Positions 1-9,674 of a DNA stretch of 64,000 nucleotides are shown here, one piece after another. The stretch's first letter is position 1. The number at the start of each line of letters is the position of its first letter. This stretch comes from Bacillota bacterium (GTDB taxonomy: Bacteria > Bacillota > Clostridia > Christensenellales > CAG-138): assembly GCA_023399275.1 (NCBI GenBank), contig JAEWQH010000009.1, positions 2,489-66,488 on the forward strand. Reading direction: 5' to 3'. Below the pieces are notes generated by a model. That model was not told the DNA's origin, searched no databases, and saw only the letters and a program-made list of their open reading frames with translations. The position numbers and the translations under genes were made by a program.

Positions 1-496
1 TGAAAAAATAGCCGTATAAATCCGGCGAAAAGAGCAGAGCGCTCGCGTTTTCGAGCGCGGGATCGCCCTCCCGGACGCGCGCGTAGAGCTGATAGGCCGT
101 GTTGAACGGCATGCTCGCGATACCGGTGCGCGAAAAGAGCCGACGCTGCGGCACGACGGCGTGCACGGCGGCCATGTCCGCCTCGGTTCCGTTGCGGTAG
201 CAGCGCGGGTTGCCGAGCAGCGCACCATTTTTGTCGATCAGCCCAAAGTCCACACCCCAGGTATCGATGCCGAAGCAATCCGCCGCGACGCCTTCGTGCT
301 TCAGCCTGAGAAACGCTTCCTTGAGGTTGCGGTAGAGGCCCAGCGCATCCCAGTAATATAGGCCGTTTTGCTCGATCATCGGGTTATCGAAGCGGTGCAC
401 CTCGGTGAGCTCCACGCGCGCGCCGTCAAACGCGCCCAGCACGGCGCGCCCGTTTGACGCGCCCAGGTCAAACGCGAGCAGCCGCCTTACCTTCAT
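1..496 (-). CDS. FGGY-family sugar kinase (L-fuculokinase/rhamnulokinase-like), N-terminal part; gene runs off the left edge
   Basis: Own translation of the minus strand from ATG at 496: MKVRRLLAFDLGASNGRAVLG...CFGIDTWGVDFGLIDKNG...MPFNTAYQLY. The DLGASNGR and GIDTWGVDF motifs are typical of RhaB/FucK-type FGGY kinases. ATGA stop/start overlap with fucU. Absent from the ORF track because it is open at the edge. Confidence 0.8.
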   Translation of the reverse strand, partial: MKVRRLLAFDLGASNGRAVLGAFDGARVELTEVHRFDNPMIEQNGLYYWDALGLYRNLKEAFLRLKHEGVAADCFGIDTWGVDFGLIDKNGALLGNPRCYRNGTEADMAAVHAVVPQRRLFSRTGIASMPFNTAYQLYARVREGDPALENASALLFSPDLYGYFF

Positions 497-957
497 TTGA
501 TCACGCCCTTCTGCAGGATGATGTTGGCATAGACCGCCTCTTCGCCCGTCTGCACGATCACCGCGCAGGCGTCCGCCTTGTCATAGAAGGCATAGCGCTC
601 ATAGACCGCAACGCTGCCTTCGCCGCGCACGTCGTGCTTGGCAACGATCGCGCGGTAGGTGTCGTGGATCGGGATCTTCATCCCTTTGTCGCGCGCGTCC
701 ACGTCCATGACCATCGCCGGTTCGTCGGTGTACGCATCGAGCGGAATCATCTGCAAGATGGCCTCAAGCAGCGCGGGCACGCCGATGCCGTCCGCGCGCA
801 AAAACGCCGCCCCGCAGCGGATAGCGGCGCTTTTCCCCGGATAGTTTGCGTCGGCCAGCAGGATTTTATCACCGTGGCCCATCTCGCAGAGCGCCCTGAT
901 GAGCTCCGGCGAGAGAATCTTCGGTACGTTGAGCAGCATGTCGGTTTCTCCTTCCAA
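493..957 (-). CDS. fucU: L-fucose mutarotase (RbsD/FucU family)
   Basis: 154-aa ORF (…LCEMGHGDKILLADANYP…) of RbsD/FucU size and motif type. It lies between fucI and the kinase. Confidence 0.85.
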   Translation of the reverse strand: MEGETDMLLNVPKILSPELIRALCEMGHGDKILLADANYPGKSAAIRCGAAFLRADGIGVPALLEAILQMIPLDAYTDEPAMVMDVDARDKGMKIPIHDTYRAIVAKHDVRGEGSVAVYERYAFYDKADACAVIVQTGEEAVYANIILQKGVIK

Positions 958-1043
958 AAGGCATTCGCGCCGTCGGCTGCTTACGCAAACACCGGCAGCG
1001 CGAACGCATTGCTTGTTGTAAATTTGCGGGAAATGCGCCCTTT

Positions 1044-2831
1044 TTACCGATACATCGGCCCGTAGGCAGCGCAGGCGCGGTAGTCCGCACTCTCAAGATC
1101 GTCCGTTCCAAACGCACTCCACGCGGAGGGGCGGAAGATCCGCTCGGCGGATACGTTGTGCATTGAAACCGGGATGCGCAGCATGGACGCCATGGTGATC
1201 AGCCGGTCGCCGATATGGCCGTAGCAAAACGCGCCGTGGTTGGCGCCCCAGTTTGCCATGACGCTGTATACGTCCGAAAACGCGCCTTTGCCGGTGAGCA
1301 CCGGCGCAAACCACGTGGTGGGCCAGGTGCGGTCGGTGCGCTCGTCGAGCGTCCTGTGCACATCCGGCTCCAGCTCGCAGGTGTAGCCCTCGGCCAGCTG
1401 CAGCACCGGCCCGAGCCCGCGTACGATGTTCAGCCGCGCCATAGTGACGGGCATGCCGCCACGCGTGCCGTGGATATAGTGCGAGGAATAGCCGCCCCCG
1501 CGGAAGTAAAACTGATCCGCCGCGCACCAGTCTGTCTCGTCGAGGCAGGCTTTGGCGTCCGCGTCGGTCATCTCATAGAAGGGTTTGATGATGGGTTTCC
1601 CGCTCGGGTCCGAAACCGCGCCGGTGCCGTCCAAAGCCGCCGCGCCGGAGTTGATCAGGTGGATGATGCCGTCCTTGGCGTATCCCTTGAGCTCCTTTCC
1701 GGTGACTCGCTTGACCGCCTCCGGGCTCCAATAGGTGCGAACATCCGCAAAGATGCCGGGGCGGTTGGTCAGCAGATGCTCAAAGAGCATCGTCATGGCG
1801 TTGAGCGTGTCGTTCTCCGTGCCGATCACAAACGCCTCTCGCAGGCCGTTCCAGTCGAACTGGCTGTTGAGCATGGCCTCGAGAAAGTCAAAGTTCGGCT
1901 TATAGTCCGTCCACTGCCGCTGGCCCTGGATGCCGGCGACGATGGCGTTGTGTCCGCAGGACTCCTCGACGAAGCCCAGCTCAGCCAGGCGCGGGTTGCC
2001 GATCATCAGGTCGCGCACGATCATCATGCACTTGACGACGAACTCCCACTGCGCGTCTTTCTCCGCGCGGTCAAACTGCATATCCGCGGGGTTTTTGTCG
2101 ATGCCCTCGTGGCAGTTTTCACGCATCCAGCGAACCGCGCGCGCGAACTCTTCAGGGTCGTAGATGCCCTTGTCGATGCGGCGGAGGATCTCGGTCTCGT
2201 CCACGCTCTCGCTGCGCAGGCCAAAGTACTCATACAGCGTCTGCTGGTCGAGAATGCTCCCGGCGATGCCCATGCACATGGAACCTACCTGCAGGTAGCT
2301 ATTTTGGCGCATGCCTTTTGCCGCGAGAGCCGACTGCGCAAAGAGCAGAATCTTATCCGCAACGTCGCTGGGAACCTCGGTATCCGTCGCATCCTTGACG
2401 TCCCGGCCGTAGATGCCAAACGCCGGCAGGCCCTTCTGCGCATGCGCCGCAAGCACCGCCGCGAGAAACACCGCGCCCGGACGCTCCGTTCCGTTGAACC
2501 CCCATACCGCCTTGACCGTCAGCGGATCGAAATCCATCACCTCTGTGGAATAGCACCAGCACGGCGAAACCGTCAGCGTAATGGAGACGCCCTCGCGCTC
2601 AAATTTCGCCTGGCAGGCGGCGGCTTCTTTCACGCCGCCGATGGTCGTATCGGCGATAACGGTCTCAACGCGTTCGCCGTTTGGATAGCGGAGGTTGTCG
2701 GCAATCAGCTTTGCGGCAGCTTTCGCCATGCTCATGGTCTGGTCTTCCAGGCCTTCGCGCACTCCGTTTCTGCGTCCGTCGATGCAGGGGCGGATGCCGA
2801 TCTTCGGCAAATCGATCGCATATCGGTTCAT
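1044..2831 (-). CDS. fucI: L-fucose isomerase
   Basis: ORF 1044..2906 trimmed to the ATG at 2831 ([26 protein letters not shown]…), which is preceded by CAGGAGGAG. About 595 aa with the characteristic FucI N-terminus and length. Confidence 0.9.
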   Translation of the reverse strand: MNRYAIDLPKIGIRPCIDGRRNGVREGLEDQTMSMAKAAAKLIADNLRYPNGERVETVIADTTIGGVKEAAACQAKFEREGVSITLTVSPCWCYSTEVMDFDPLTVKAVWGFNGTERPGAVFLAAVLAAHAQKGLPAFGIYGRDVKDATDTEVPSDVADKILLFAQSALAAKGMRQNSYLQVGSMCMGIAGSILDQQTLYEYFGLRSESVDETEILRRIDKGIYDPEEFARAVRWMRENCHEGIDKNPADMQFDRAEKDAQWEFVVKCMMIVRDLMIGNPRLAELGFVEESCGHNAIVAGIQGQRQWTDYKPNFDFLEAMLNSQFDWNGLREAFVIGTENDTLNAMTMLFEHLLTNRPGIFADVRTYWSPEAVKRVTGKELKGYAKDGIIHLINSGAAALDGTGAVSDPSGKPIIKPFYEMTDADAKACLDETDWCAADQFYFRGGGYSSHYIHGTRGGMPVTMARLNIVRGLGPVLQLAEGYTCELEPDVHRTLDERTDRTWPTTWFAPVLTGKGAFSDVYSVMANWGANHGAFCYGHIGDRLITMASMLRIPVSMHNVSAERIFRPSAWSAFGTDDLESADYRACAAYGPMYR

Positions 2832-2915
2832 AACAATTCTCCTCCTGTTTGCTGTAATCTGTCTATGTTCGCGCCGGGGTACGCCGGGCGTGTCATGCGG
2901 CTGCAAAAAGCGCGC

Positions 2916-3947
2916 TTACTCCTGATAGATGCGGTTGTGCAGATAGCTCTTGAGGCGGATCACCTGCGGATGCGTCTGCGTTTCACCCGCCATGCGGCGC
3001 AGCAGGATCTCGCCCGCCTTCTGCCCCATCAGCTGCGTCGGCTGCTCCACGATGGAGAGCGGCGGCGAAACGATGCGGCAGAGATCCACTGCGTCGAAAC
3101 CGACAAAACCGATATCCTTGCCGAGGATGATATCCCGCTCGTGCGCGGCGGTCACCGCGCCCATGGTCATATCGTAGTTGGTCACGCACAGTGCCGTCGG
3201 CGGATTCTTCATATCCATAAAGTTGTTGAATTGCCGGTAGCCGGACTCGAAATCGTACCGTCCGATCTGGATGAGGTCCTCGCTGCGCCCCGACGCCGTC
3301 ATCTGCCCCGTCTCCACCTCGATGCCGTAGTCCTCCAGCGCACGCCGGTAGCCGACCATGCGCTCGTTTGCCGTGGAGATGTCCAGCGGGCCGACGATGA
3401 TGCCGATATGCCGATGCCCCGCGTTGATGAGCTGCTCCACCGCGCCGTAAGTCGCGTTGAGGTTGTCGATGACGATACTGTCGCAGACGAAGCCGGGGAT
3501 CGTCCGGTCGACCAGCACCATGGGCATCTCGCTGCCGCGGGAGTTGCGCACCTCGTCCAGCTCCGCTGCGGAGACATGCTGCGCGGCAAGTACGATTCCG
3601 TCTACATTATTATTGCAGAGCACGCGCAGCTTTTCGAGCTCCAGGTCGCAGTCGAAATCGTAGCTGCACACGAAGGACGTATATCCCGCCTCGCGCAGCG
3701 TTTGATCCAGCGAGGAGAGCACGCTGCCAAAGAACGGCACCGAGAGCGTCGGCATCACGACGCCTACCGTCATGGTGCGGTTTGTCTTGAGGCTCCTGGC
3801 GTTTCGGTTGACCCGATAGCCCAGCGCCTCGACCGCTTCGTCGATGCGCTGGCGGTTCTCCTCGCGAACGTTGCCGCCGTTGAGATATTTCGAGATGGTC
3901 GCAAGCGACAGTCCCGAGAATTTTGATACGTCCTTGATGGTTGACAA
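2916..3947 (-). CDS. LacI-family transcriptional regulator (probable fucose-locus repressor)
   Basis: 343 aa. N-terminal HTH MSTIKDVSKFSGLSLATISKYLNG…NRNARSLK followed by a periplasmic-binding-protein-like sugar-binding core. It sits upstream of fucI on the same strand. Confidence 0.9.
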   Translation of the reverse strand: MSTIKDVSKFSGLSLATISKYLNGGNVREENRQRIDEAVEALGYRVNRNARSLKTNRTMTVGVVMPTLSVPFFGSVLSSLDQTLREAGYTSFVCSYDFDCDLELEKLRVLCNNNVDGIVLAAQHVSAAELDEVRNSRGSEMPMVLVDRTIPGFVCDSIVIDNLNATYGAVEQLINAGHRHIGIIVGPLDISTANERMVGYRRALEDYGIEVETGQMTASGRSEDLIQIGRYDFESGYRQFNNFMDMKNPPTALCVTNYDMTMGAVTAAHERDIILGKDIGFVGFDAVDLCRIVSPPLSIVEQPTQLMGQKAGEILLRRMAGETQTHPQVIRLKSYLHNRIYQE

Positions 3948-4126
3948 TGCATTTACCTGCCTGCCGCCGGAGCGGCGCTTCTATCTGAATTCTCTTGTTT
4001 GATTTGACCCGATGCGACCCGCCGGCATCCGCCGTTTTGGCCGTGCGTGTCCGGCAGAGCGGATATCACGCGGACGGGCGGCGCGCTGAACCATGCGGAA
4101 AGCCCCTTGCCCACAGCGGGAACGTG

Positions 4127-4142
4127 AGCGAAATGTTTCGAT
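4127..4142. promoter_or_regulatory. LacI-type operator candidate A (AGCGAAATGTTTCGAT)
   Basis: Near-palindrome CGAAAT|GTTTCG with a central CG-type core, in the leader of the lacI-fucI transcript. Confidence 0.45.
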
Positions 4143-4223
4143 GATTTTTTGTTTTCTGCCGGAGTTGCGCGGTATTCTTCTGAGCCTTACCGATCGTCTT
4201 GACATCAGCTGGACAAGATAATA

Positions 4224-4243
4224 GCGAAACGTTTTTAGTTTCG
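4224..4243. promoter_or_regulatory. LacI-type operator candidate B (GCGAAACGTTTTTAGTTTCG)
   Basis: Has a GAAACGTTTT half-palindrome plus CGAAAC-N7-GTTTCG. Located just downstream of the minus-strand -10 box. Confidence 0.5.
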
Positions 4244-4247
4244 GTTC

Positions 4248-4277
4248 ATTTTAGCATTTTGCGCTTCGCGATGTCAA
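4248..4277 (-). promoter_or_regulatory. Sigma-A-type promoter for the lacI-fucI-fucU-kinase operon
   Basis: Minus strand reads TTGACA (4277..4272), 18-nt spacer, TAAAAT (4253..4248). Confidence 0.55.
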
Positions 4278-4374
4278 GCGGAATCTATGCATCATCCGCC
4301 GTTTCATACAACGTAGTACTTATAATTGTTGTAATATCCGCCGTAAAGCAGCATTCTATCGCCGAAATTAGGTC

Positions 4375-4403
4375 TTGACTTCGCATCATACGAGTGCTAC
4401 AAT
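4375..4403 (+). promoter_or_regulatory. Sigma-A-type promoter for the sugar ABC operon
   Basis: TTGACT (4375..4380), 17-nt spacer, TACAAT (4398..4403). Confidence 0.6.
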
Positions 4404-4411
4404 GCAAAAAG

Positions 4412-4425
4412 ATGAAACGTTTCGT
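4412..4425. promoter_or_regulatory. LacI-type operator candidate C (ATGAAACGTTTCGT)
   Basis: Perfect 10-bp palindrome GAAACGTTTC at 4414..4423, about 10 nt downstream of the -10 box of the ABC promoter. Confidence 0.6.
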
Positions 4426-4717
4426 TTTTGTCTTTCAACAGGCTTCATTCGAGCAAAGCAGGCAAATCACGAAGAATCGCAAGAATGCCCCGGCGTAAAT
4501 CGGCCGTCGCGTCGACGCCAACAAAAAACGCTGTTTCGTCCGAAACAGTCTTCGCAACAACACGTGCAATCTAAAAAACCGCTATCCGGAAACACCCATA
4601 AAAAACGGCTCCATACGGAGTGCTCCTTTTGGCCGCTTGGCGCAGGCAACCATCTTTCCCCCAGGCAAGGCCCGCTCCGCTTCGTCCGTTTGAATCCGCA
4701 GATGATGAGGTGATATT

Positions 4718-6217
4718 TTGTCGGAAACCATACTAAAGATGACGGGGATTCAAAAGTTCTTCCCCGGCGTGCATGCGCTCGACGGCGTAGACCTTGAGCT
4801 GCGCGCGGGCGAGGTGCTCGCGCTGGTCGGCGAAAACGGCGCGGGGAAATCCACACTGATGAAGATCCTGACCGGCATCTATGAAAAAGACGGCGGCTCG
4901 ATTGCGCTCTTCGGCAAGGAGAGTGTGATCCACTCCCCGGCGGAGGCACAGCACCTCGGCATCAGCATCATCCACCAGGAGCTGAACCTGCTGCGCGACC
5001 TCACCGTCGCGGAAAACATCTACATCGGGCGCGAATCCACGCGCGGAATCTTCCTAAATAAGAAAGAACAGAATCAAAAGGCGCAGGCACTGCTCGATTC
5101 GCTCAACCTCAAGCTCGACGCAACCATGCCGGTCAAGCGGCTCACGGTCGCCAAGCAGCAGATGGTAGAGATCGCCAAAGCGCTCTCGTTTCCAAGCACG
5201 CGCATCATGATCATGGACGAACCCTCCGCCCCGCTGACGGACGCGGAGATCCAGGAGCTGTTCGCTTTCATCCGCGCGCTCAAGGCAAAGGGCGTCGGCA
5301 TCATATATATCTCGCACCGTATGGATGAGCTCAAGCAGATCTCCGACCGCATCACCGTCATGCGCGATGGACACACCGTCGGCACGCTGGACACGGCGGA
5401 AGCGACGATGGATCAGATCATCAAGATGATGGTCGGCCGCGTCATCTACGAAGACCCCAAGTCGGCGTCCAACGTCGGCGCGGACAGCGAGGTCGTTCTG
5501 GAGGTTAAAAACCTGCAGTCGGACGACGTGAAAGACGTTTCCTTCGTGTTGCGCCGCGGTGAAATCCTCGGTTTTGCAGGCCTGATGGGCGCGGGACGCA
5601 CGGAGACCGCCCGCCTGCTCTTCGGCGCGGACAAGCGCGACGGAGGCGAGATCCTCATCAAGGGCAAGCCGGCAAAGATCAACTCCCCCGTGGACGCCGT
5701 GAAAGCCGGCATCGGGTATCTCTCCGAGGACCGCAAGCAGTTTGGGCTGTGTCTCGGTCTCTCCGTATGCGACAACACCGTTTTGCCCACGCTGGAGCAG
5801 TTCTCCAAGGGCCCCTTTGTCAACGACCGCGCCGTCGCACGCGCGGCGGGCGAATATATCGACAAGATCGGCGTCAAGACCCCGTCGGTCTCTACGTTGA
5901 TCAAGTCGCTCTCGGGTGGAAACCAGCAGAAGGTCGTCATTTCCAAATGGCTGCTGCGCAACTGCGACATCCTGATCTTCGACGAGCCGACGCGCGGCAT
6001 CGACGTCGGCGCGAAAAACGAGATCTACAAGCTGATGAACCAGCTTGCCGCGCAGGGGAAGTCGATCATCATGATCTCCTCGGAACTGCCGGAGCTGCTG
6101 CGCATGAGCGACCGCATCGCGGTCATGAGCGAAGGGCGCCTCGTCGGCGAGCTCTCGATTGAAAGCGCAAGCCAGGAAAACATCATGTCTTACGCAACCA
6201 TGCGGGAAATGGAGTAA
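4718..6217 (+). CDS. Sugar ABC transporter ATP-binding protein (tandem ABC domains, RbsA/MglA type)
   Basis: 499 aa. Walker A GENGAGKST, second nucleotide-binding domain, LSGGNQQK signature. TTG start 7 nt after GAGGTGA. Confidence 0.9.
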   Translation: MSETILKMTGIQKFFPGVHALDGVDLELRAGEVLALVGENGAGKSTLMKILTGIYEKDGGSIALFGKESVIHSPAEAQHLGISIIHQELNLLRDLTVAENIYIGRESTRGIFLNKKEQNQKAQALLDSLNLKLDATMPVKRLTVAKQQMVEIAKALSFPSTRIMIMDEPSAPLTDAEIQELFAFIRALKAKGVGIIYISHRMDELKQISDRITVMRDGHTVGTLDTAEATMDQIIKMMVGRVIYEDPKSASNVGADSEVVLEVKNLQSDDVKDVSFVLRRGEILGFAGLMGAGRTETARLLFGADKRDGGEILIKGKPAKINSPVDAVKAGIGYLSEDRKQFGLCLGLSVCDNTVLPTLEQFSKGPFVNDRAVARAAGEYIDKIGVKTPSVSTLIKSLSGGNQQKVVISKWLLRNCDILIFDEPTRGIDVGAKNEIYKLMNQLAAQGKSIIMISSELPELLRMSDRIAVMSEGRLVGELSIESASQENIMSYATMREME

Positions 6218-6222
6218 CACAT

Positions 6223-7230
6223 ATGGAATCGACGACAAAACGAAAATGGAATCTGCAAGCCCTGCTTGCGCCGCTCGCGCTGGTGATCCTCTACGTATTT
6301 TTCTCGATCTTCGGCAACAATTTCTTCTCGGTGGATATGGTCAAGAACATCCTCGAGTCGAGCTACTATATCGGCTTTATGGCGTTCGGCGTTACGTTTG
6401 TCATCATCACCGGCGGCATCGACCTCTCGATCGGAACGGTCATGATGTGCTCGGCGCTGCTCGGCGCATATGTGTTTAAACAGCAGCAGTGGCCGCTGAT
6501 CCTCGCCCTGGTGCTCACCGTAGGCGTCGGCACGATCTTCGGCCTGCTCAACGGTCTGCTCGTCGCCAAGCTGCGCCTGCCGCCGTTCATCGCCACGCTC
6601 GGCACGATGATGATGTCCCAGGGCGTCGGCTCCATCATCACCAGCGTACAGTCCCAGACCTGGCCGACCGCCACGGCGGAAATCGGCGGCTGGTTTAAGA
6701 AAGTCTTCATCCGCAACACCTTCTATCTCGGAGACATGAAGATCTCGGGCTTCCCCGTAGGCGCGCTGTGGCTCATCGCCTTCTTCATCATCGCGGCGCT
6801 GTTGCTGCACAAGACCAAGTTCGGCCGCTATACGTTCGCCGTCGGCTCCAATGAGGAAGCCGCGCGCCTTTCGGGCATCGACGTGAGCAAGTGGAAGGTG
6901 CTCATCTATACGGTCTGCGGCCTCTTCGCGGGGCTGGGCGGCATCTTCTACGCCGCGGCATACACCACCATCACGCCAGGCACCGGAAACGGGCAGGAGC
7001 TCAACGCCATCGCCGGCGTCGTCATCGGCGGCACGTCCATGAGCGGCGGCTCGGGCACCATGGTCGGCACGCTCATCGGCGTATTCATCATGAGTGTGCT
7101 CAAAAACGGCCTCTCCTCCTGCGGGTTGCAGGCGCCGTGGCAGACGTTTTTCACCGGCGCGGTGGTCATCGGCGCGGTTTTGCTCGACATCCAGCGCACC
7201 AAGGCCGCCAATCGGGTAAAGAAGAGCTAA
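6223..7230 (+). CDS. Sugar ABC transporter permease (RbsC/AraH family)
   Basis: 335 aa and multi-TM. Contains GGIDLSIGT and the LPPFIATLGTMM motif typical of the family. Starts 5 nt after the ATPase stop. Confidence 0.9.
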   Translation: MESTTKRKWNLQALLAPLALVILYVFFSIFGNNFFSVDMVKNILESSYYIGFMAFGVTFVIITGGIDLSIGTVMMCSALLGAYVFKQQQWPLILALVLTVGVGTIFGLLNGLLVAKLRLPPFIATLGTMMMSQGVGSIITSVQSQTWPTATAEIGGWFKKVFIRNTFYLGDMKISGFPVGALWLIAFFIIAALLLHKTKFGRYTFAVGSNEEAARLSGIDVSKWKVLIYTVCGLFAGLGGIFYAAAYTTITPGTGNGQELNAIAGVVIGGTSMSGGSGTMVGTLIGVFIMSVLKNGLSSCGLQAPWQTFFTGAVVIGAVLLDIQRTKAANRVKKS

Positions 7231-7357
7231 GCCGTCCGGCGGACAGGTCGCTTTCCGCACCTTACCCCCTCGCATCGCGGCTTCCCTGCCGCGGCATCAC
7301 CCGCTCCAAAGCTTACGGCAGATATTGCCGTAGTGAATAAAAAAAGGAGGAACACCC

Positions 7358-8506
7358 ATGAAGAAACTGGTCGTTATTCTTTTGACCCTGGCCATGGTGC
7401 TCAGCATGTTCGCATGCGCCGCGCCCGCCACCACCACCGAGGAAACCGCCCCCGCTGCGGAAGCTACCGCAACCGAAGCGCCCGCGGCGGAGGAACCCGC
7501 CGCCACCGACGAGGAGCCCATGTATATCCCCGTGATGGCGAAGGGCTTCCAGCACCAGTTCTGGCAAGCGGTCAAAACCGGCGCAGAAGCCGCGGCTGCC
7601 GACTATGGTGTAGAGATCTACTTTGACGGCCCCGCCTCCGAAACGGAGATCGACGCGCAGGTCAACATGGTGAAGAACGAGCTGGCGAAGAACCCGAAGG
7701 CCATCGCGCTCGCCGCCCTCTCGACCGAAGCCGTCACCGAGATCCTCGAAGAGTGCGCCGAGAAGGGCATCCCGGTCATCGGCTTTGACTCCGGCGTGCC
7801 GGATGACAAGACCGGCGCCGTGAAAGCCACCGCTTCCACGAACAACGAAAACGCTGCGGCGATCGCCGCCGTGAAGTTTGGCGAGAATGCCGAGCTCGTC
7901 GCCAAGATGCAGGCGGCCACCCCTGAGAATCCGGTCGTCATCGGCTGCCTGAGCCAGGATGCGGTCTCCGCCTCCGTCACCGGCCGCACCACGGGCTTCG
8001 TCAACAAGATGAAAGAGATCGCGGAAACCTATCAGCCGGGCCTCGTGTCCGTGGAAGGCCACACCAAGTGGGAATCCAAAGTTGACGGCGCCGCCATCAT
8101 CATCCGCGTAGAAGTCTCCGCAACGACCGAAGCAACCGCCCTGCAGACCTCCGCGAACTCCCTGCTCGCAACGAAGGGCATCGCGGCCATCTTCTGCTCC
8201 AACGAAGGCGCGGTCGTCGGTTTCCTCGCCGCCACATCCGACGGTGAAGACCTCGCCGACGGCGGCAAGTACGCCGACATCGTCGTTGCCGGCTTCGACG
8301 CGGGCATCGCGCAGAAGACCGCCATCCGCAACGGCTGGTTCTACGGCTCGGTCACGCAGGATCCGTACCAGATCGGCTACAAGGCGGTTGAACTGGCTGT
8401 GAAGGCCGCCAACGGCGAAGCGGTTGCAGACGTAGACACCGGCGCGCAGTGGTACAATGCCGAGAATATCGACGACCCGGACATCGCGCTGCTCGTGTAC
8501 GATTGA
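7358..8506 (+). CDS. Sugar ABC substrate-binding lipoprotein (RbsB-like, PBP type I)
   Basis: 382 aa. AAGGAGG RBS, signal peptide with lipobox MFAC, an A/T/E/P linker, then a periplasmic binding fold (…GFQHQFWQAV…). Confidence 0.85.
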   Translation: MKKLVVILLTLAMVLSMFACAAPATTTEETAPAAEATATEAPAAEEPAATDEEPMYIPVMAKGFQHQFWQAVKTGAEAAAADYGVEIYFDGPASETEIDAQVNMVKNELAKNPKAIALAALSTEAVTEILEECAEKGIPVIGFDSGVPDDKTGAVKATASTNNENAAAIAAVKFGENAELVAKMQAATPENPVVIGCLSQDAVSASVTGRTTGFVNKMKEIAETYQPGLVSVEGHTKWESKVDGAAIIIRVEVSATTEATALQTSANSLLATKGIAAIFCSNEGAVVGFLAATSDGEDLADGGKYADIVVAGFDAGIAQKTAIRNGWFYGSVTQDPYQIGYKAVELAVKAANGEAVADVDTGAQWYNAENIDDPDIALLVYD

Positions 8507-8546
8507 TCCTTCTCCCAACTCCTCAGGTAAACAGTGACCCATGTGA

Positions 8547-8575
8547 AAACGGAGGGCGTACCCCCTCCGTTTTCC
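8547..8575 (+). terminator. Rho-independent terminator of the sugar ABC operon
   Basis: AAAACGGAGGG-CGTAC-CCCTCCGTTTT hairpin followed by a T-rich tail. Confidence 0.8.
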
Positions 8576-8815
8576 GTTGCCGGTGGATTTCTGCAGGCGA
8601 GTGCATCGTCCTCTTTCGCTTTCCCCCGCGGTGTGGTATGCTTCGCTCAGTGAAAGCGAGGGAATCTACTTGCACCGCATGATTCGCGTCATCGATCGAA
8701 AACGAGGTAGCTGCTCGGCACAGTGTCTTGACAGCTGATTGTGCCGAGTATCCGGGTTGTCAATATACTGTGCCTTTTCAAGCCTAACCATTACTTGAAA
8801 AAGGAGCAGTAAATC

Positions 8816-9577
8816 ATGAATTGCGAAAAATTAAAGAATCTATGGCTGGCAGAGGAGACGTGCGCTTTTCAAGGGTGGGATTTTTCCCATCTGGATGGAC
8901 GCTGGCGCTGTGAACCCGCAGAAACAGAATGGGACTACAGCGCCATCGTGATGAAGTATCTGCGTCCGGCGGATCGCTTGTTGGATATGGGCACCGGCGG
9001 CGGAGAGTTTTTGTTGTCGTTGGGTCATCCTTACCAGAACACCGCCGTAACAGAGGCATGGGCGCCGAACATCCGGCTGTGCCGGGAAAAGCTAGCGCCG
9101 CTCGGCATTGCGGTTTACCCGACACCGAAGGACAATCCGTTACCCATCGCAGACAACACGTTTGATATCGTGATCAACCGCCATGCGTCTTATGATCCAA
9201 GCGAAGTCAGGCGCATCTTGAAACCGGGCGGCATCTTCATCACACAGCAGGTCGGCGGAGAGAATTGCATTGATCTGGCGCGTCGCATCAATCTTGAGGC
9301 GCCGACGCATCCTGCGTTTTCGTTGCGCACGGAATTGCCCCGTTTTTTAAAAGGCGGCTTCTCGGTGTTGGACGCAAGCGAGTGCTTCCCGGTGTTGAAA
9401 TTTTTCGACGTCGGCGCTGTCGTCTTCTGGGCCAGGATCATAGAATGGTCTTTCCCCAACTTCTCCGTCGAAAAAAACTTTGACAAGCTCTGCGCGCTGG
9501 AGGACGATCTGCAGCGAAACGGCTTCCTTTCCAGCATACAGCACAGGTTCGTGATCGTCGCTCAAAACACGAAGTAG
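8816..9577 (+). CDS. Class I SAM-dependent methyltransferase
   Basis: 253 aa. Motif I LLDMGTGGGEF, and DIVINRHA after a short acidic loop. AAGGAG RBS. Confidence 0.8.
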   Translation: MNCEKLKNLWLAEETCAFQGWDFSHLDGRWRCEPAETEWDYSAIVMKYLRPADRLLDMGTGGGEFLLSLGHPYQNTAVTEAWAPNIRLCREKLAPLGIAVYPTPKDNPLPIADNTFDIVINRHASYDPSEVRRILKPGGIFITQQVGGENCIDLARRINLEAPTHPAFSLRTELPRFLKGGFSVLDASECFPVLKFFDVGAVVFWARIIEWSFPNFSVEKNFDKLCALEDDLQRNGFLSSIQHRFVIVAQNTK

Positions 9578-9583
9578 TCCCTT

Positions 9584-9615
9584 CCTCCCTTGACAGACGC
9601 CAAGGGAGGCTTTTT
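9584..9615. terminator. Hairpin terminator between convergent genes
   Basis: CCTCCCTTG-ACAGACGC-CAAGGGAGG followed by CTTTTT. Confidence 0.7.
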
Positions 9616-9674
9616 GTCTGCGGCCCGCCGCTTTTGGGCAGCTGGTTTTCCCGCTGCCGAATATGCACCCGCGC

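Noticed and set aside
1215-3926. 903-aa plus-strand ORF spanning fucI and the LacI gene
   Set aside because: It is antisense to two genes with clear family signatures. Its translation is Arg/Ala/Gly/His-rich with no motifs and no RBS, a typical GC-rich antisense artefact.
4199-4222. Plus-strand TTGACA…GATAAT promoter-like pair
   Set aside because: The spacer is only 12 nt, and there is no downstream plus-strand gene before the better promoter at 4375.
4375-4713. 112-aa ORF in the fucose ABC leader
   Set aside because: It starts inside the predicted -35 hexamer, has no RBS, and has a basic low-complexity sequence. I treat it as non-coding leader.
7418-7520. Apparent GC-rich DNA repeat (GCC/ACC/GAA-rich), also at about 14250..14343 and 18100..18500
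   Set aside because: These encode Ala/Thr/Glu/Pro-rich linkers after lipoprotein or secreted-protein signal sequences. They are low-complexity coding sequence, not repeats or CRISPR-like arrays.
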